NCBI GenBank assembly: GCA_045127455.1
Contig: JBGVQK010000026.1
Span: forward strand, 3,066-67,065
Direction of reading: 5' to 3'
From: Eubacteriales bacterium
GTDB taxonomy: Bacteria; Bacillota; Clostridia; Oscillospirales; CAG-272
Length of the DNA: 64,000 bases
A program made the translations under genes and the position numbers. Below, in pieces: positions 28,601-35,095 of this stretch. Each line of letters opens with the position of its first letter. Positions within the stretch are counted from its first letter, which is position 1. Under the pieces are notes generated by a model. It was not told where the DNA came from. It did no database searches and saw only the letters and a list, made by a program, of their open reading frames with translations.

Positions 28601-28909
28601 CCCGAGCCCGAACAGACCACTCCCGAGCCTGAGGGAACGACCCCCGAGCCCGAGAACCCCGAAAACCCCGACGATCAACCCGATGATCCCGAAGAGCCCA
28701 AGACGGGACTTTCCGGCGGAGCCGTTGCAGGCATCGTTATTGCTTCTACCGCAGTTGCGGGAGCCGGTGGCTTTGCAGTTTGGTGGTTCGCAATTCAAAA
28801 GCATACCGTAGCAGAGCTTGGAAGCGCCTGCAAAACGGTTGGTGGAAAGATTGGCGGTTTCTTCAAGGGCGTCTTTGAAAAAATCAAAAATCTGTTCTCC
28901 AAAAAATAA
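19673..28909 (+). CDS. giant (3078-aa) cell-surface protein with repeat modules, a Cys/His-rich stalk and a C-terminal membrane anchor
   Basis: The signal peptide is MKKTRRFLQIISVMLLCMAMIAGVMTISASA. There are 13 modules with G-x-x-F-x-x-W-x-V-x-S-G (Listeria-Bacteroides / InlB-B-repeat-like) and 6 interleaved modules of about 95 aa. A Cys/His-rich region of about 1000 aa spans 25580-28560. The C-terminus has a P/E/T linker, EPKTG, a TM helix and a cationic tail. Confidence 0.9.
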   Translation: MKKTRRFLQIISVMLLCMAMIAGVMTISASADSVVTSVVVNGETLNEEKPYLINKDGVYVADDGELLASYSWVAQFNAAEGVLVLNNYNGGAISTTATGDLTIKLMGENTIKHDAIGIQMAQGGNLTITADAAATLDIQSIPSTSHADEADHYVGIDNNFENGYATTEKSGDSVTIQGYAAVSISSTKTYKSGSVNGIGAYGSVMVLGNASLNITETNAYTSLARGIYSLGGAIVINTTGDVNIAVCGEASYNVGENVFRAASGAVLGRVGKMTLDWTYPEFYEESEVELDAELSSYVIGTIPEDDTSATYGYKFPITVTGGVAKMGDDVVEVAAKGETVTVVADEPEAGQGFYQWSILNEAAITFVDEKAATTTFEMIAGSVELEALFTPAYTITANNATASAGSAVSGSVVTVTADAPQKGYQFAGWTVQSGGVVLSDPASSTTSFVVGDAAVEITATYMATPYFITVNGGEASIDDAPVSEASIADTVTLVADTPPAGKAFKEWVIVSGEGTITDPTATTTTLTGVFGDIEIEATYEDAIYTITVTDGTANVEGAKMGAEITITAAEAAKGYQFAGWTVVSGGVTLANPANATTTFTVVSANVEVKANYAPIEYTIEVTNGQAKIDDTPVTKATIIDTVTLVANTPAAGKVFKEWVIVSGEGTLANATDATTTLTGLFGNLMVQATYEDATYTITVTGGTASAQTAKMGDEITITAEAIAGKTFTSWTLSSGGVTLDSATSATTTFVVGTENVELVANYTFTDYSVSIKDGKGTVNYIDNGITDANIGDSIYIVADDPASGYAFIRWDVLSGEIELEDPTSYYTIFTMTAGNVELEAVYAEIVVLDKLEFTVTPPAVGAHPTFELVSKDPAKYGSEYVSISLNDSPYTELGAEDTYMLGHSYRLQFQLVLANGYEIDGNTKVYVNGEETSRSLPLWFYYFEFPVSITVINGKAYEDSARTVEITEGLSQYVYLKADEVPEGKVFLGWIVKSGDVTIYSPNYKDSAYFYLKNEPVTVEAVIVDVLEEVVLTVTTPKPGDLATIEITSADPSKYTAELIDFYINKSPYTHLNPTDPFEYGRSYTMQFEIIAAEGYAVAEGTVVTVNGDETYGYGGDITGYEKQRWSFELPVSITVINGKAYTSSEYTEEIVEFYSPGSLFIKADEAPEGKEFLMWKITMDGDITYNHYNPTNIWVGSASVVVCEAIYAIPINTIELTMPKITVGSTPITTVTTESDLYTVEVEAWYNVGDTRVQMLPTDTYVADAFYECRFIITPKDGYCVGNHAKISVNGKTGNTGGYHVGTAIIGAYVQLYDLIPVGIEVTGGKLYLDGVETNETEFLPGTTLTLVADKSLYPEGETFTRWYFPSYSSTLIKYTDERAESFTFTICEPPARDRMVTMEAQYAALTSVYYLDTYVPHPVVGGTPSYDAGVNKWQNYFAEVLAWYEGETLLETDHVFEAGKTYTVKIRLEPAPGYYFPPLDFEYLRADNTFSGNSADGIFLERGENGEYIIFESSITAKQFQENISVTVTTPVAGMLPSDVVEKDGDVNCDVEFGGWLYWDEEKGMYVALAEGERFEVGKTYRVDVEFASNDTYFIDYNNITALINGKKPVRFSSGNKDGGLCTVGYYLEFAVEADGSTFDLEVENGSATVDEAPVTEVGGGIVVTITADAPEDGKAFKGWVVVSGESVVFVDATASTTTFVMPAGNVRIQAVYRNIPYTITVVDGEADLSEAGSGETVTVTAGEAPDGKYFAGWECTAGGVTFTDETAKTTTFVMTGEAVTVKAVYADKIVLEEMEFTIPAPAYGENPSYVITSKDPEKYTATVAYWYRNSDSEDLTPESTFAYGEGYTIRFTIAASEKYTFNYNTTILLNGEECGSYGLTGRQYTLFQIPVPITIEGGTAFDTSSNPIDAQVNGFYVKLKVGEIPAGKSFSHWEVVSGNVTLYSPTSLDGAYFYIGKEPVEIRAIYHTHTYDDTYKSNATHHWHECTDPACTDKEGSIKDKVEHTWDNTCDTACNDCGHTRDITHTYSDYIPQKDANCIETGMKAHYECSVCHALFDTSFNATTEQALTIAINDSHSFGDWASNGDGTHTRVCSRNNEHTETDDCEGGTATCVAKAICSTCEAAYGNLGAHSYGVKIEEVPTTHTKDTLTQGVKAHFQCGLCAKYFDEGKNPVDYEDLIIPAPTHVYGEWIKDNDNHWKTCECGKKDQLGEHVYDDEADMICNTCSYDRTAPHTHGDGEKVNGQAATCTTDGWKDYYQCSCGHIYTDKDCTNEITSLVDWKAGEGKIAAAHTLGDPIAAVEANCTEKGMQQHRKCSVCGTLFDMDGNVRSAEELSIATNGKHAYGAWASNGDGTHTRICSHNNEHKETVACAGGTATCTEAAVCSTCNTAYGEANGHDYSEATCTKKATCSVCGDETGELKPHDYSEATCTKKATCSVCGGETGDLKPHDYSEATCTKKATCSVCGAETGELKPHDYSEATCAKKATCSVCGAETGDFAAHNYGDKIEAVPATHTKDELLAGMQAHYHCAVCDKYFDANKNPVEQAALIIPAPTHVWGTWVKNDSTHWKACECGKKDQEGAHVYDNVTDMLCNTCNYDRTAPHTHGDGEKVNGQAATCTTDGWKDYYQCSCGHIYTEKECTNEITNLVAWKAGEGRIAAAHTLGDLIAATEPNCTVEGKKAHYECSVCSTLFDEEKNVKTESELTIPTNGTHAFGAWASNGDGTHTRVCSHNNAHKESEDCAGGTATCTEAAVCSTCNTAYGKANGHDYSEATCTKKATCSVCGDETGELKAHDYSEATCTKKATCSVCGDETGELKAHDYSEATCTKKATCSVCGDETGELKAHDYSEATCIAKAKCSVCQQETGDFADHKYSEATCTAKAKCSVCQQETGDFADHKYSDATCTAKAKCSVCQQETGDLADHKYSEATCTAKAKCSVCQQETGDFADHVDANEDGKCDVCQHQMSTIPEQTTPEPEQTTPEPEGTTPEPENPENPDDQPDDPEEPKTGLSGGAVAGIVIASTAVAGAGGFAVWWFAIQKHTVAELGSACKTVGGKIGGFFKGVFEKIKNLFSKK
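26072..28291 (+). repeat. tandem in-frame segmental duplication of about 1110 nt inside the giant gene
   Basis: The block AHSYGVKIEEVPTTHTKD... (from 26072) recurs as AHNYGDKIEAVPATHTKD... (from 27182). The two copies stay colinear for 798 nt up to the start of each 78-nt array. Confidence 0.85.
26870..27181 (+). repeat. 4 tandem 78-nt (26-aa) coding repeats, HDYSEATCTKKATCSVCG-ETG-LKP
   Basis: Copies start at 26870, 26948, 27026 and 27104. Copies 1 and 2, compared codon by codon, differ mostly at synonymous sites. Confidence 0.95.
27980..28525 (+). repeat. 7 tandem 78-nt (26-aa) coding repeats (3 TKKATC-type plus 4 AKAKC-type)
   Basis: HDYSEATCTKKATCSVCGDETGELKA occurs 3 times, followed by H(D/K)YS(E/D)ATC(I/T)AKAKCSVCQQETGD(F/L)AD 4 times. 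Confidence 0.95.
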
Positions 28910-28966
28910 TTCCAATTAAAAAAAGCAACGGGCGCAAAAGCGCCCGTTGCCCAAATAATGTGGCAA

Positions 28967-29004
28967 GGCGGCTGCTTCAAGCTTTTGGGGCAGCCGCTTT
29001 TGTT
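28967..29004 (+). terminator. intrinsic terminator after the giant gene
   Basis: ggcggctg ... cagccgc followed by ttttgtt. An additional hairpin without a T-tract lies at 28925-28950. Confidence 0.6.
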
Positions 29005-29014
29005 ATAAATTCTA

Positions 29015-29043
29015 TTGACAAAACGGCCGAATGCCTGTATAAT
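29015..29043 (+). promoter_or_regulatory. sigma-A promoter of the hydrolase-membrane fusion gene
   Basis: TTGACA, 17-nt spacer, TATAAT. Confidence 0.75.
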
Positions 29044-29093
29044 AAAAATATGCAGGTATATTTTGCATATATTTTTAGAAAGGACGAAAAACA

Positions 29094-30890
29094 ATGAAAC
29101 GCAAAGCAAAACTTTTCTTGATCTTTTCGATTTTAGTTTGTCTTCTCAGTTCCATAGGCGCAAGTCTTTTCCAAACCAACTTTGGGCAGGTCACATATCA
29201 CGATATGACCTTTGTTACCGAAAGCGGACACGAATTGGACGCACTCTTGCTCGTTCCCAAAACCGCAACCAAAGAAAACAAAGCCCCCGCAATTGTTGTA
29301 AGCCACGGCTGGTACAACAACCGCGAAATGCAGGATCTTAACTACGTTGAATACGCTCGCAGAGGCTACGTAGTGCTTGCCATCAGTATGTACGGCCACG
29401 GCGACTCCGAGGTCATCGAATCCAACACCTGGTGGAATGACGAAAACAACGCCAACGGTCTTTACGATGGCGTAAAATACGTTGCCGAGCTGCCTTTTGT
29501 TGATGCAAGCAAAATCGGTGTTACAGGGCATTCCAACGGTGCTCTCGCTTGCAGAGAAGCCGTATTGCAGGACAAAGAAGGGCTGATCTCTGCTGCTTTG
29601 CTTGTTTCCAACGATGCGGTGTACTATGACGAGGACGGCAACTTCTACAACCAATTCGGCTCTCGCGATGCCGCAATCGTTGCTTGCCAATACGATGAAT
29701 TTTTCCACCGCGTTGACGGCAATCCCCCAAGAGAGTACATCAATCAGGTAACCGCGCAGTCCTTCTTGCACTTCGGCGTTGATCCCGCAGGGCTTGATAA
29801 GCGCGTTGCAGGTGAATTCTATACAGACGAAATTGACGGTGAGGTTGCCATTCGTGCAATCTACAACCCCGCAATCACACACCCGTGGGCGCATTTTTCA
29901 ACTGACGTAGTTGCATTTAGCGTCAACTTCTTTGACCACGTGTTTGGCGAGCCCGTTTCCCGTGATAGATACGATCAGATCTGGCAGATCAAGGCAGCCT
30001 TTAATGCACTTGGCGTTGTTGGCTTCTTTATGTTCCTGGCAGCCCTGACGTTTGCTCTGCTCGAAACGCCTTACTTTGGCGTTCTCAAGGCAAGCGAGCC
30101 CGTTCAGCCTTGGCCCGCTCTCGAGGGACGCGCCAAAAAGGTTGCCCGTCGCAGAGGCTTCTGGAGCGTGATATGCAGCATTCTTTTCTACTTTATCGGC
30201 TTCATCATCGGCTTTGTCGGCTCTATGTTCATCGGTATTTGGAATCAAGGCGGTTCCTTTGCCATTGGTGCGTGGTCGTTGCTCTGCGGTCTGTTCACCA
30301 TGGGCACGATGCGCAAGATCAAAAAGCGCACCTATATTGATCCTTGGGAAAGAGGTGTGAAGGTCGGCAAGCCCAAAATGCGTCGTTCTATCCTTCTTGC
30401 ACTCACGGTCGTATGCGCGGCATTCTTGCTCGTTTTCCTTTCGGATTACCTCTTCCTCACCGATTACAGACTTTGGTGCTTTGCAACCATCAGAGCGTTT
30501 GATGCAAAGCATCTTGTCAAGGTTCTTTGCTTCCTGCCTTTCTGGCTCGTTTACTACATTGCAACCAGTGTATCGGCAAACTGCTATGGCTATGCTATGA
30601 AGGGCAAGCGTCGCGGCACACCCGTTTTGCGCCAGATGTTCCTTGTTTTCATTGGCCCCGCTTTGATGATCGCAATCCAGTATGCCAAGTTCTTTATTAC
30701 CGGCAAGATGGTGCTTGACCCCATCACCGGCATTATGGGTATTTGGCTTTTCCCGATCGTTGTGATCCTTCCTATATCCGTTCTCATCAGCAATGCCATT
30801 TACAAGCGCACAAAGAACCCCTACATTGGCGGCATCATTATGGCGATCGTAGCGTGCATTCTGACTGTAACGAACACGCTCACCGGCTAA
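29094..30890 (+). CDS. fusion of an extracytoplasmic alpha/beta serine hydrolase with a C-terminal polytopic membrane domain
   Basis: An N-terminal signal-anchor is followed by a hydrolase domain of about 300 aa, with HGW oxyanion-like and GHSNG nucleophile motifs. About 7 hydrophobic helices follow (residues about 300-598). Confidence 0.7.
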   Translation: MKRKAKLFLIFSILVCLLSSIGASLFQTNFGQVTYHDMTFVTESGHELDALLLVPKTATKENKAPAIVVSHGWYNNREMQDLNYVEYARRGYVVLAISMYGHGDSEVIESNTWWNDENNANGLYDGVKYVAELPFVDASKIGVTGHSNGALACREAVLQDKEGLISAALLVSNDAVYYDEDGNFYNQFGSRDAAIVACQYDEFFHRVDGNPPREYINQVTAQSFLHFGVDPAGLDKRVAGEFYTDEIDGEVAIRAIYNPAITHPWAHFSTDVVAFSVNFFDHVFGEPVSRDRYDQIWQIKAAFNALGVVGFFMFLAALTFALLETPYFGVLKASEPVQPWPALEGRAKKVARRRGFWSVICSILFYFIGFIIGFVGSMFIGIWNQGGSFAIGAWSLLCGLFTMGTMRKIKKRTYIDPWERGVKVGKPKMRRSILLALTVVCAAFLLVFLSDYLFLTDYRLWCFATIRAFDAKHLVKVLCFLPFWLVYYIATSVSANCYGYAMKGKRRGTPVLRQMFLVFIGPALMIAIQYAKFFITGKMVLDPITGIMGIWLFPIVVILPISVLISNAIYKRTKNPYIGGIIMAIVACILTVTNTLTG

Positions 30891-30898
30891 AATATAAG

Positions 30899-30927
30899 CA
30901 AGCGGCAACCGTTTCGGTTGCCGCTTT
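30899..30927. terminator. bidirectional intrinsic terminator
   Basis: aagcggcaacc-gtttc-ggttgccgctt lies between convergent genes. Confidence 0.8.
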
Positions 30928-30931
30928 TCCT

Positions 30932-31903
30932 TTAAAACAAAGCTGCCACAAGAGCACAGCCAACCGTTTGCAATAGCTTTGATGCAAAATAGGGGCGCAA
31001 GGAAAGGTCCTTACCGTCGCAAAGCGAGAGCATTTGGCAATGAATAGAGATGCCAGACCATCCCACCGCGGCACCCGTCACAACGGCGGCAAGCCGACGG
31101 TCTGCAAGCTCTGCGGACGCATTCACACCGCCCGAAAGCTCCAAAAGGGAAGAGAGAATGGCGTGCATCTCTTGACTTGCCGCAAAGCGACCGAGCACAA
31201 GCTCGACAGCTCCCGTCAGGGTAGAAAAGAAGACCACGTATGCGCAGATCAGCAAGGTGTTGGCCGTTGCATTTCGAATCGCCGACGGAAAGGCGCCTGC
31301 CTCAAAGTGCATCTTCGTTGGTGGTGAAAGGGGTGCTTGCGCAGAGCCTTTCTCTTTGCGTTTTTGCAGGACGTATAGCAAAAAGCCGCACAAAAGCGCC
31401 ATCAAAACCGATGTGACGTATAAAAGCGTGCCAAATCTTGTGTCGTTCCAAAGCGTTGCACCAACGGTGCTTATGAGAAATGCCGAAGAGGGAATAGAGG
31501 AGCAAGCGATCACGCGCTCACATTCGGTCTTTTCCATCGCTCCCTTTTCGTATGCCAATATCGCGCACCGCGCCCCTACGGGAAATCCGCATAAGAGCCC
31601 CAGCACGACCGCGCAGCACCCTGCACGCGAAAGTCCCAGCAGCTTGCCCAAGGGGCGGCAAAGGGGAGAGAAAAACCATTCCCCCGCGCCGCTTGCCACA
31701 AGCAGCTCGGAGAGCACCATAAAGGGGAAAAGGGAAGGCACGACCGCGCGGGCGCAGGTAGAGAGCCCTTGGCGCATACAATCCCTCGCAACGTCTGCAC
31801 GCCGAAGCAGAAGAGCAAGACTGAAAACAAGTAAAAAGGCAAGGTAGAAGAGCCCGAGGCGAGGGCGCTCTGCCTTTTTTATGTGTGCTAACTGTCTTGT
31901 CAT
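30932..31903 (-). CDS. ylbJ: sporulation integral membrane protein YlbJ-like (nucleoside-recognition domain)
   Basis: The polytopic protein begins MTRQLAHIKK..GLSTCARAVVPSLFPFMVLSELLV. A GGGAGGGG RBS precedes the ATG at 31903. Confidence 0.6.
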   Translation of the reverse strand: MTRQLAHIKKAERPRLGLFYLAFLLVFSLALLLRRADVARDCMRQGLSTCARAVVPSLFPFMVLSELLVASGAGEWFFSPLCRPLGKLLGLSRAGCCAVVLGLLCGFPVGARCAILAYEKGAMEKTECERVIACSSIPSSAFLISTVGATLWNDTRFGTLLYVTSVLMALLCGFLLYVLQKRKEKGSAQAPLSPPTKMHFEAGAFPSAIRNATANTLLICAYVVFFSTLTGAVELVLGRFAASQEMHAILSSLLELSGGVNASAELADRRLAAVVTGAAVGWSGISIHCQMLSLCDGKDLSLRPYFASKLLQTVGCALVAALF

Positions 31904-31995
31904 TTTGCCCCTCCCGATTGCATAAAATGAGTTTTGATACAAGTTACGCGCGCGGGCTTTGATTTATTCCGTAGGCGAAAAGGGGGAACATAAAA

Positions 31996-32328
31996 ATGGC
32001 GAAAAATGAACCACGTAGCGCAAAAAACGGCAAAAAGGTGCAGTTTTCTTGGCGCGAGAATGATATTTTTTGTGCGGATAGCGTTCTTTTGCGAGGCGAG
32101 AGCAGCGCGGTGCTTTACGGATGCAAGCGCATTTTGTTTTACGACCGCGAGCGCATTTGCTTCTCTATGAGGGAGCGCGCGGTCTCAATTTTGGGCAAGG
32201 AACTTTGCTGCACCGTTTTCTCCCCCTCGGGCGTTACGGTCGAGGGGCAAATAAAAGGGGCACTTTATTGTAGTGCCAACTGCGAGCAATGCCGCGAGCG
32301 CATTTGCCGAGAGGGGGGAGAGATGTGA
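31996..32328 (+). CDS. yqfC: YabP/YqfC-family sporulation protein
   Basis: Small protein immediately 5' of yqfD-phoH-ybeY, matching Bacillus synteny, with a YabP-like beta-rich core. Confidence 0.6.
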   Translation: MAKNEPRSAKNGKKVQFSWRENDIFCADSVLLRGESSAVLYGCKRILFYDRERICFSMRERAVSILGKELCCTVFSPSGVTVEGQIKGALYCSANCEQCRERICREGGEM

Positions 32329-33518
32329 GCGTATCCTTGTTTTTGCGTGGGCATTGTACGGTTGTCATTCCTGCTCCTCACCGCACGGCGGCAATGAATT
32401 TGTGCATGCAAATGGGCTTGCAGTATGCAAATTTTGTTTGGCGAGAGGATGGAAGCGTCTGCTTTTCTTGCACCGCTTCCTCGGCACGTCGGTTTCTTGC
32501 CGCCTGTCAAAGGCGCGATATAGAAGCCGAGGTGCTCGCCACGCGCGGAATTCCTGCCTTGCTTGGTCGCTTGGGCAAGCGTGCAGGGCTTGTTGTGGGA
32601 GCGGTCTTGGCGGTGGCGCTTATCGTTTTGTCGGAGCTCTTCGTTTGGGACGTGCAGGTGAGCGGAAACGAGAGCTTGACCGAGGACGAGGTAATTGCGG
32701 AGCTTCAAAAATGCGGATTTGGTGTGGGGAGCTATTTGCCCACCCTGCAGGTGCGCGAGATCGAAAACCGCGTTCTGATGGCATCCGAGCGCATCGGCTG
32801 GCTCTCCATCAACACCGAGGGGACTGTGGCGCGTGTGCAGATCATCGAGCACGTTACGGGGGAAAACGAAGGGGAAGGAGATACCTCTCTTGCGCGCCCT
32901 GCCAATCTGGTCGCCGCGCGAGATGGGCAGATCGAATATCTCGAGCTTTACCGCGGCAATGCAGTGGTCACGTCGGGGCAGGCGGTGCGTGCGGGGGAGC
33001 TTCTCGTCAGCGGTCTGTATGACAGTCAAACGGGGAGCTTTCGCTACACGCGAGCCGCAGGGCGCGTAATGGCGCGCACCGAACGTACAATAGAGGTCGA
33101 AATTCCGCTCTGTTATGAGGAAAAAGTGTACGATGAGCCCTATTTGATAGAGGTCGAACTCCATTTTTTCGATTTTTCCTACAAAATTTTCAAAAACAGT
33201 GGAAATTCGGATATATTATGTGATATAATAAAATATAATTCTTATTTAGAGCCGCTCGGCAACAATCGCCTTCCCGTATCCCTCTCTCGCACCGAGGCGC
33301 ACCCCTATCATCTCGAGCAAAGAGAGAGAACGGCAGAAGAGGCGCTGGAGATTGGCTACGAGCAGCTCTCGCAAGAGCTTTCCGCCCTTTCGGGCGAGGT
33401 GCAGCTTTTGCAAAAAGAGATCGTTACCGAGATGAGAGAGGACTCCGTTGTCCTCATTTGCACCCTGACCTGCATTGAAAACATTGCTCTTGTGCAGGAG
33501 TTTGAAATTACGCAATAA
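32325..33518 (+). CDS. yqfD: sporulation protein YqfD
   Basis: A single TM helix (LVVGAVLAVALIVLSELFVW) is followed by DVQVSGNESLTEDEVIAELQKCGF, which is typical of YqfD. The GTG start overlaps the yqfC stop (GTGA). Confidence 0.7.
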   Translation: MSVSLFLRGHCTVVIPAPHRTAAMNLCMQMGLQYANFVWREDGSVCFSCTASSARRFLAACQRRDIEAEVLATRGIPALLGRLGKRAGLVVGAVLAVALIVLSELFVWDVQVSGNESLTEDEVIAELQKCGFGVGSYLPTLQVREIENRVLMASERIGWLSINTEGTVARVQIIEHVTGENEGEGDTSLARPANLVAARDGQIEYLELYRGNAVVTSGQAVRAGELLVSGLYDSQTGSFRYTRAAGRVMARTERTIEVEIPLCYEEKVYDEPYLIEVELHFFDFSYKIFKNSGNSDILCDIIKYNSYLEPLGNNRLPVSLSRTEAHPYHLEQRERTAEEALEIGYEQLSQELSALSGEVQLLQKEIVTEMREDSVVLICTLTCIENIALVQEFEITQ

Positions 33519-33534
33519 AACCGAAAGGATTTTT

Positions 33535-34581
33535 ATGAACCGAAAGATCATTCGTATGGAACACATCGGTGCCACTGCCAAAATTTTTGGCAATTGCGAT
33601 AGCAACGCGCACCGCATTGAAAAACAGTTTGGCGTCACGCTTCGCAATCGCGAGACCGAGTCGGGAGACTCGATCGTGATTGAGGGCGAGGATATGGAAA
33701 TGCTGAATGCCGCCGCTGATTGCGTGGCATATCTGCACGATCTTTGTGCCAAAACCGAGGTCATTACCGAGCAATCCCTGCAATACGCCATTGATATGAT
33801 CGCAGGTGGGCAAGCCAAAGAGCTTGCCGCCTTGGGAGATGCTTGCATCTGTATTACCACGCGCGGTAAGCCCATCAAGGCAAAAACGCTTGGGCAGCAG
33901 CAATATATTGATTCCATTCGCAAAAACACCATCGTGCTTGGTGTTGGCCCTGCGGGAACGGGCAAGACCTTTCTTGCCGTTGCTATGGCGGTCAAGGCCT
34001 TGCGCGAAAAGCAGGTGACGCGCATTATTCTCACGCGCCCCGCAATCGAGGCAGGCGAAAAGCTCGGATTTTTGCCCGGTGACCTGCAAAGCAAGATCGA
34101 CCCCTATCTGCGCCCCCTCTACGATGCACTTTATGAAATGCTCGGCGCCGAGACCTATCAGCGCTTGCAGGAAAAGGGAACCATCGAAATTGCGCCTCTT
34201 GCCTATATGAGAGGCCGCACGCTTGACGATTCCTTTATCATTCTCGACGAGGCGCAAAACGCCACCCCCGAGCAAATGAAAATGTTTCTCACGCGCTTAG
34301 GCTTCAACTCCAAAGCCGTTGTTACGGGTGATTTGACGCAAACCGACTTGCCGCGCGGGCAAAAGAGCGGTCTTGCCACCGTGGTCAAAATTCTTGAGGG
34401 CATTGACGACATCGGCATCCATTATTTCAGCGAGCGCGACGTTGTTCGCCATCGCTTGGTACAAAAAATCATTCAGGCTTACGAAAAATACGATAGAGAG
34501 CAGGCTCGCCGCGAGGCGGAACGCCGTGCGGTAGTGCAGCAAAAGCTGCGTGCCGAGCGCTCTGACAAAAACACAAAGTGA
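33535..34581 (+). CDS. phoH: PhoH-family ATPase
   Basis: Walker A GPAGTGKT, Walker B IILDEAQN, and a conserved PhoH core. Confidence 0.92.
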   Translation: MNRKIIRMEHIGATAKIFGNCDSNAHRIEKQFGVTLRNRETESGDSIVIEGEDMEMLNAAADCVAYLHDLCAKTEVITEQSLQYAIDMIAGGQAKELAALGDACICITTRGKPIKAKTLGQQQYIDSIRKNTIVLGVGPAGTGKTFLAVAMAVKALREKQVTRIILTRPAIEAGEKLGFLPGDLQSKIDPYLRPLYDALYEMLGAETYQRLQEKGTIEIAPLAYMRGRTLDDSFIILDEAQNATPEQMKMFLTRLGFNSKAVVTGDLTQTDLPRGQKSGLATVVKILEGIDDIGIHYFSERDVVRHRLVQKIIQAYEKYDREQARREAERRAVVQQKLRAERSDKNTK

Positions 34582-34589
34582 GGTCTACT

Positions 34590-35093
34590 ATGAACAGAAA
34601 AATGAATTTGCGCATTTATTTTGACAACCACCAGGACAAGCTCCCCCTGACCTATCGCCTCAAAATGCTTGTACGCGAGGCAATCGAAGCCACGCTCGAT
34701 TACGAGCAATACGGCAACCCCTGCGAGGTTTCGGTCACCTTTGTGGATAATGCCGAGATCCGCGATCTGAACAAAAAATTCCGCAGCATCGACAAAGCAA
34801 CCGACGTGCTTTCTTTCCCGCTCTTCGATTATGAGGGTGAAAGCGAAGAACCCCCCGTTGACGAAATGCTCGGTATGCTTGGCGATATCGTGCTCTCCTT
34901 GGAAAGAGCCGCCGAGCAGGCAAACGAATACGGTCACAGCTTTGAGCGCGAGGTCGCGTTCCTTACGGTGCACTCTATGCTGCATCTGCTCGGTTACGAC
35001 CATGAAACGGGCGAAGAGGATGAGGCAGATATGCGCCGCCGCCAAAGCGAGATCATGGATCGGATGGGACTTTCTGTTCACACGGAGGTATAA
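34590..35093 (+). CDS. ybeY: rRNA maturation endoribonuclease YbeY
   Basis: Zinc motif HSMLHLLGYDH and conserved position after phoH. Confidence 0.92.
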   Translation: MNRKMNLRIYFDNHQDKLPLTYRLKMLVREAIEATLDYEQYGNPCEVSVTFVDNAEIRDLNKKFRSIDKATDVLSFPLFDYEGESEEPPVDEMLGMLGDIVLSLERAAEQANEYGHSFEREVAFLTVHSMLHLLGYDHETGEEDEADMRRRQSEIMDRMGLSVHTEV

Positions 35094-35095
35094 AA

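Noticed and set aside
28694-28708. A classical LPxTG sortase signal on the giant protein.
   Set aside because: The motif is EPKTG, not LPxTG, and the tail after the TM helix is far longer than in canonical sorting signals. I kept it only as an open question in the findings.
20180-28915. Large antisense ORFs inside the giant surface-protein gene (20180..21547, 22142..23044, 23102..24241, 25316..27316, 27323..28915).
   Set aside because: They mirror the repeat structure of the sense strand and have no signal, RBS or motif support. The sense frame is continuous for 3078 codons with a signal peptide and an anchor.
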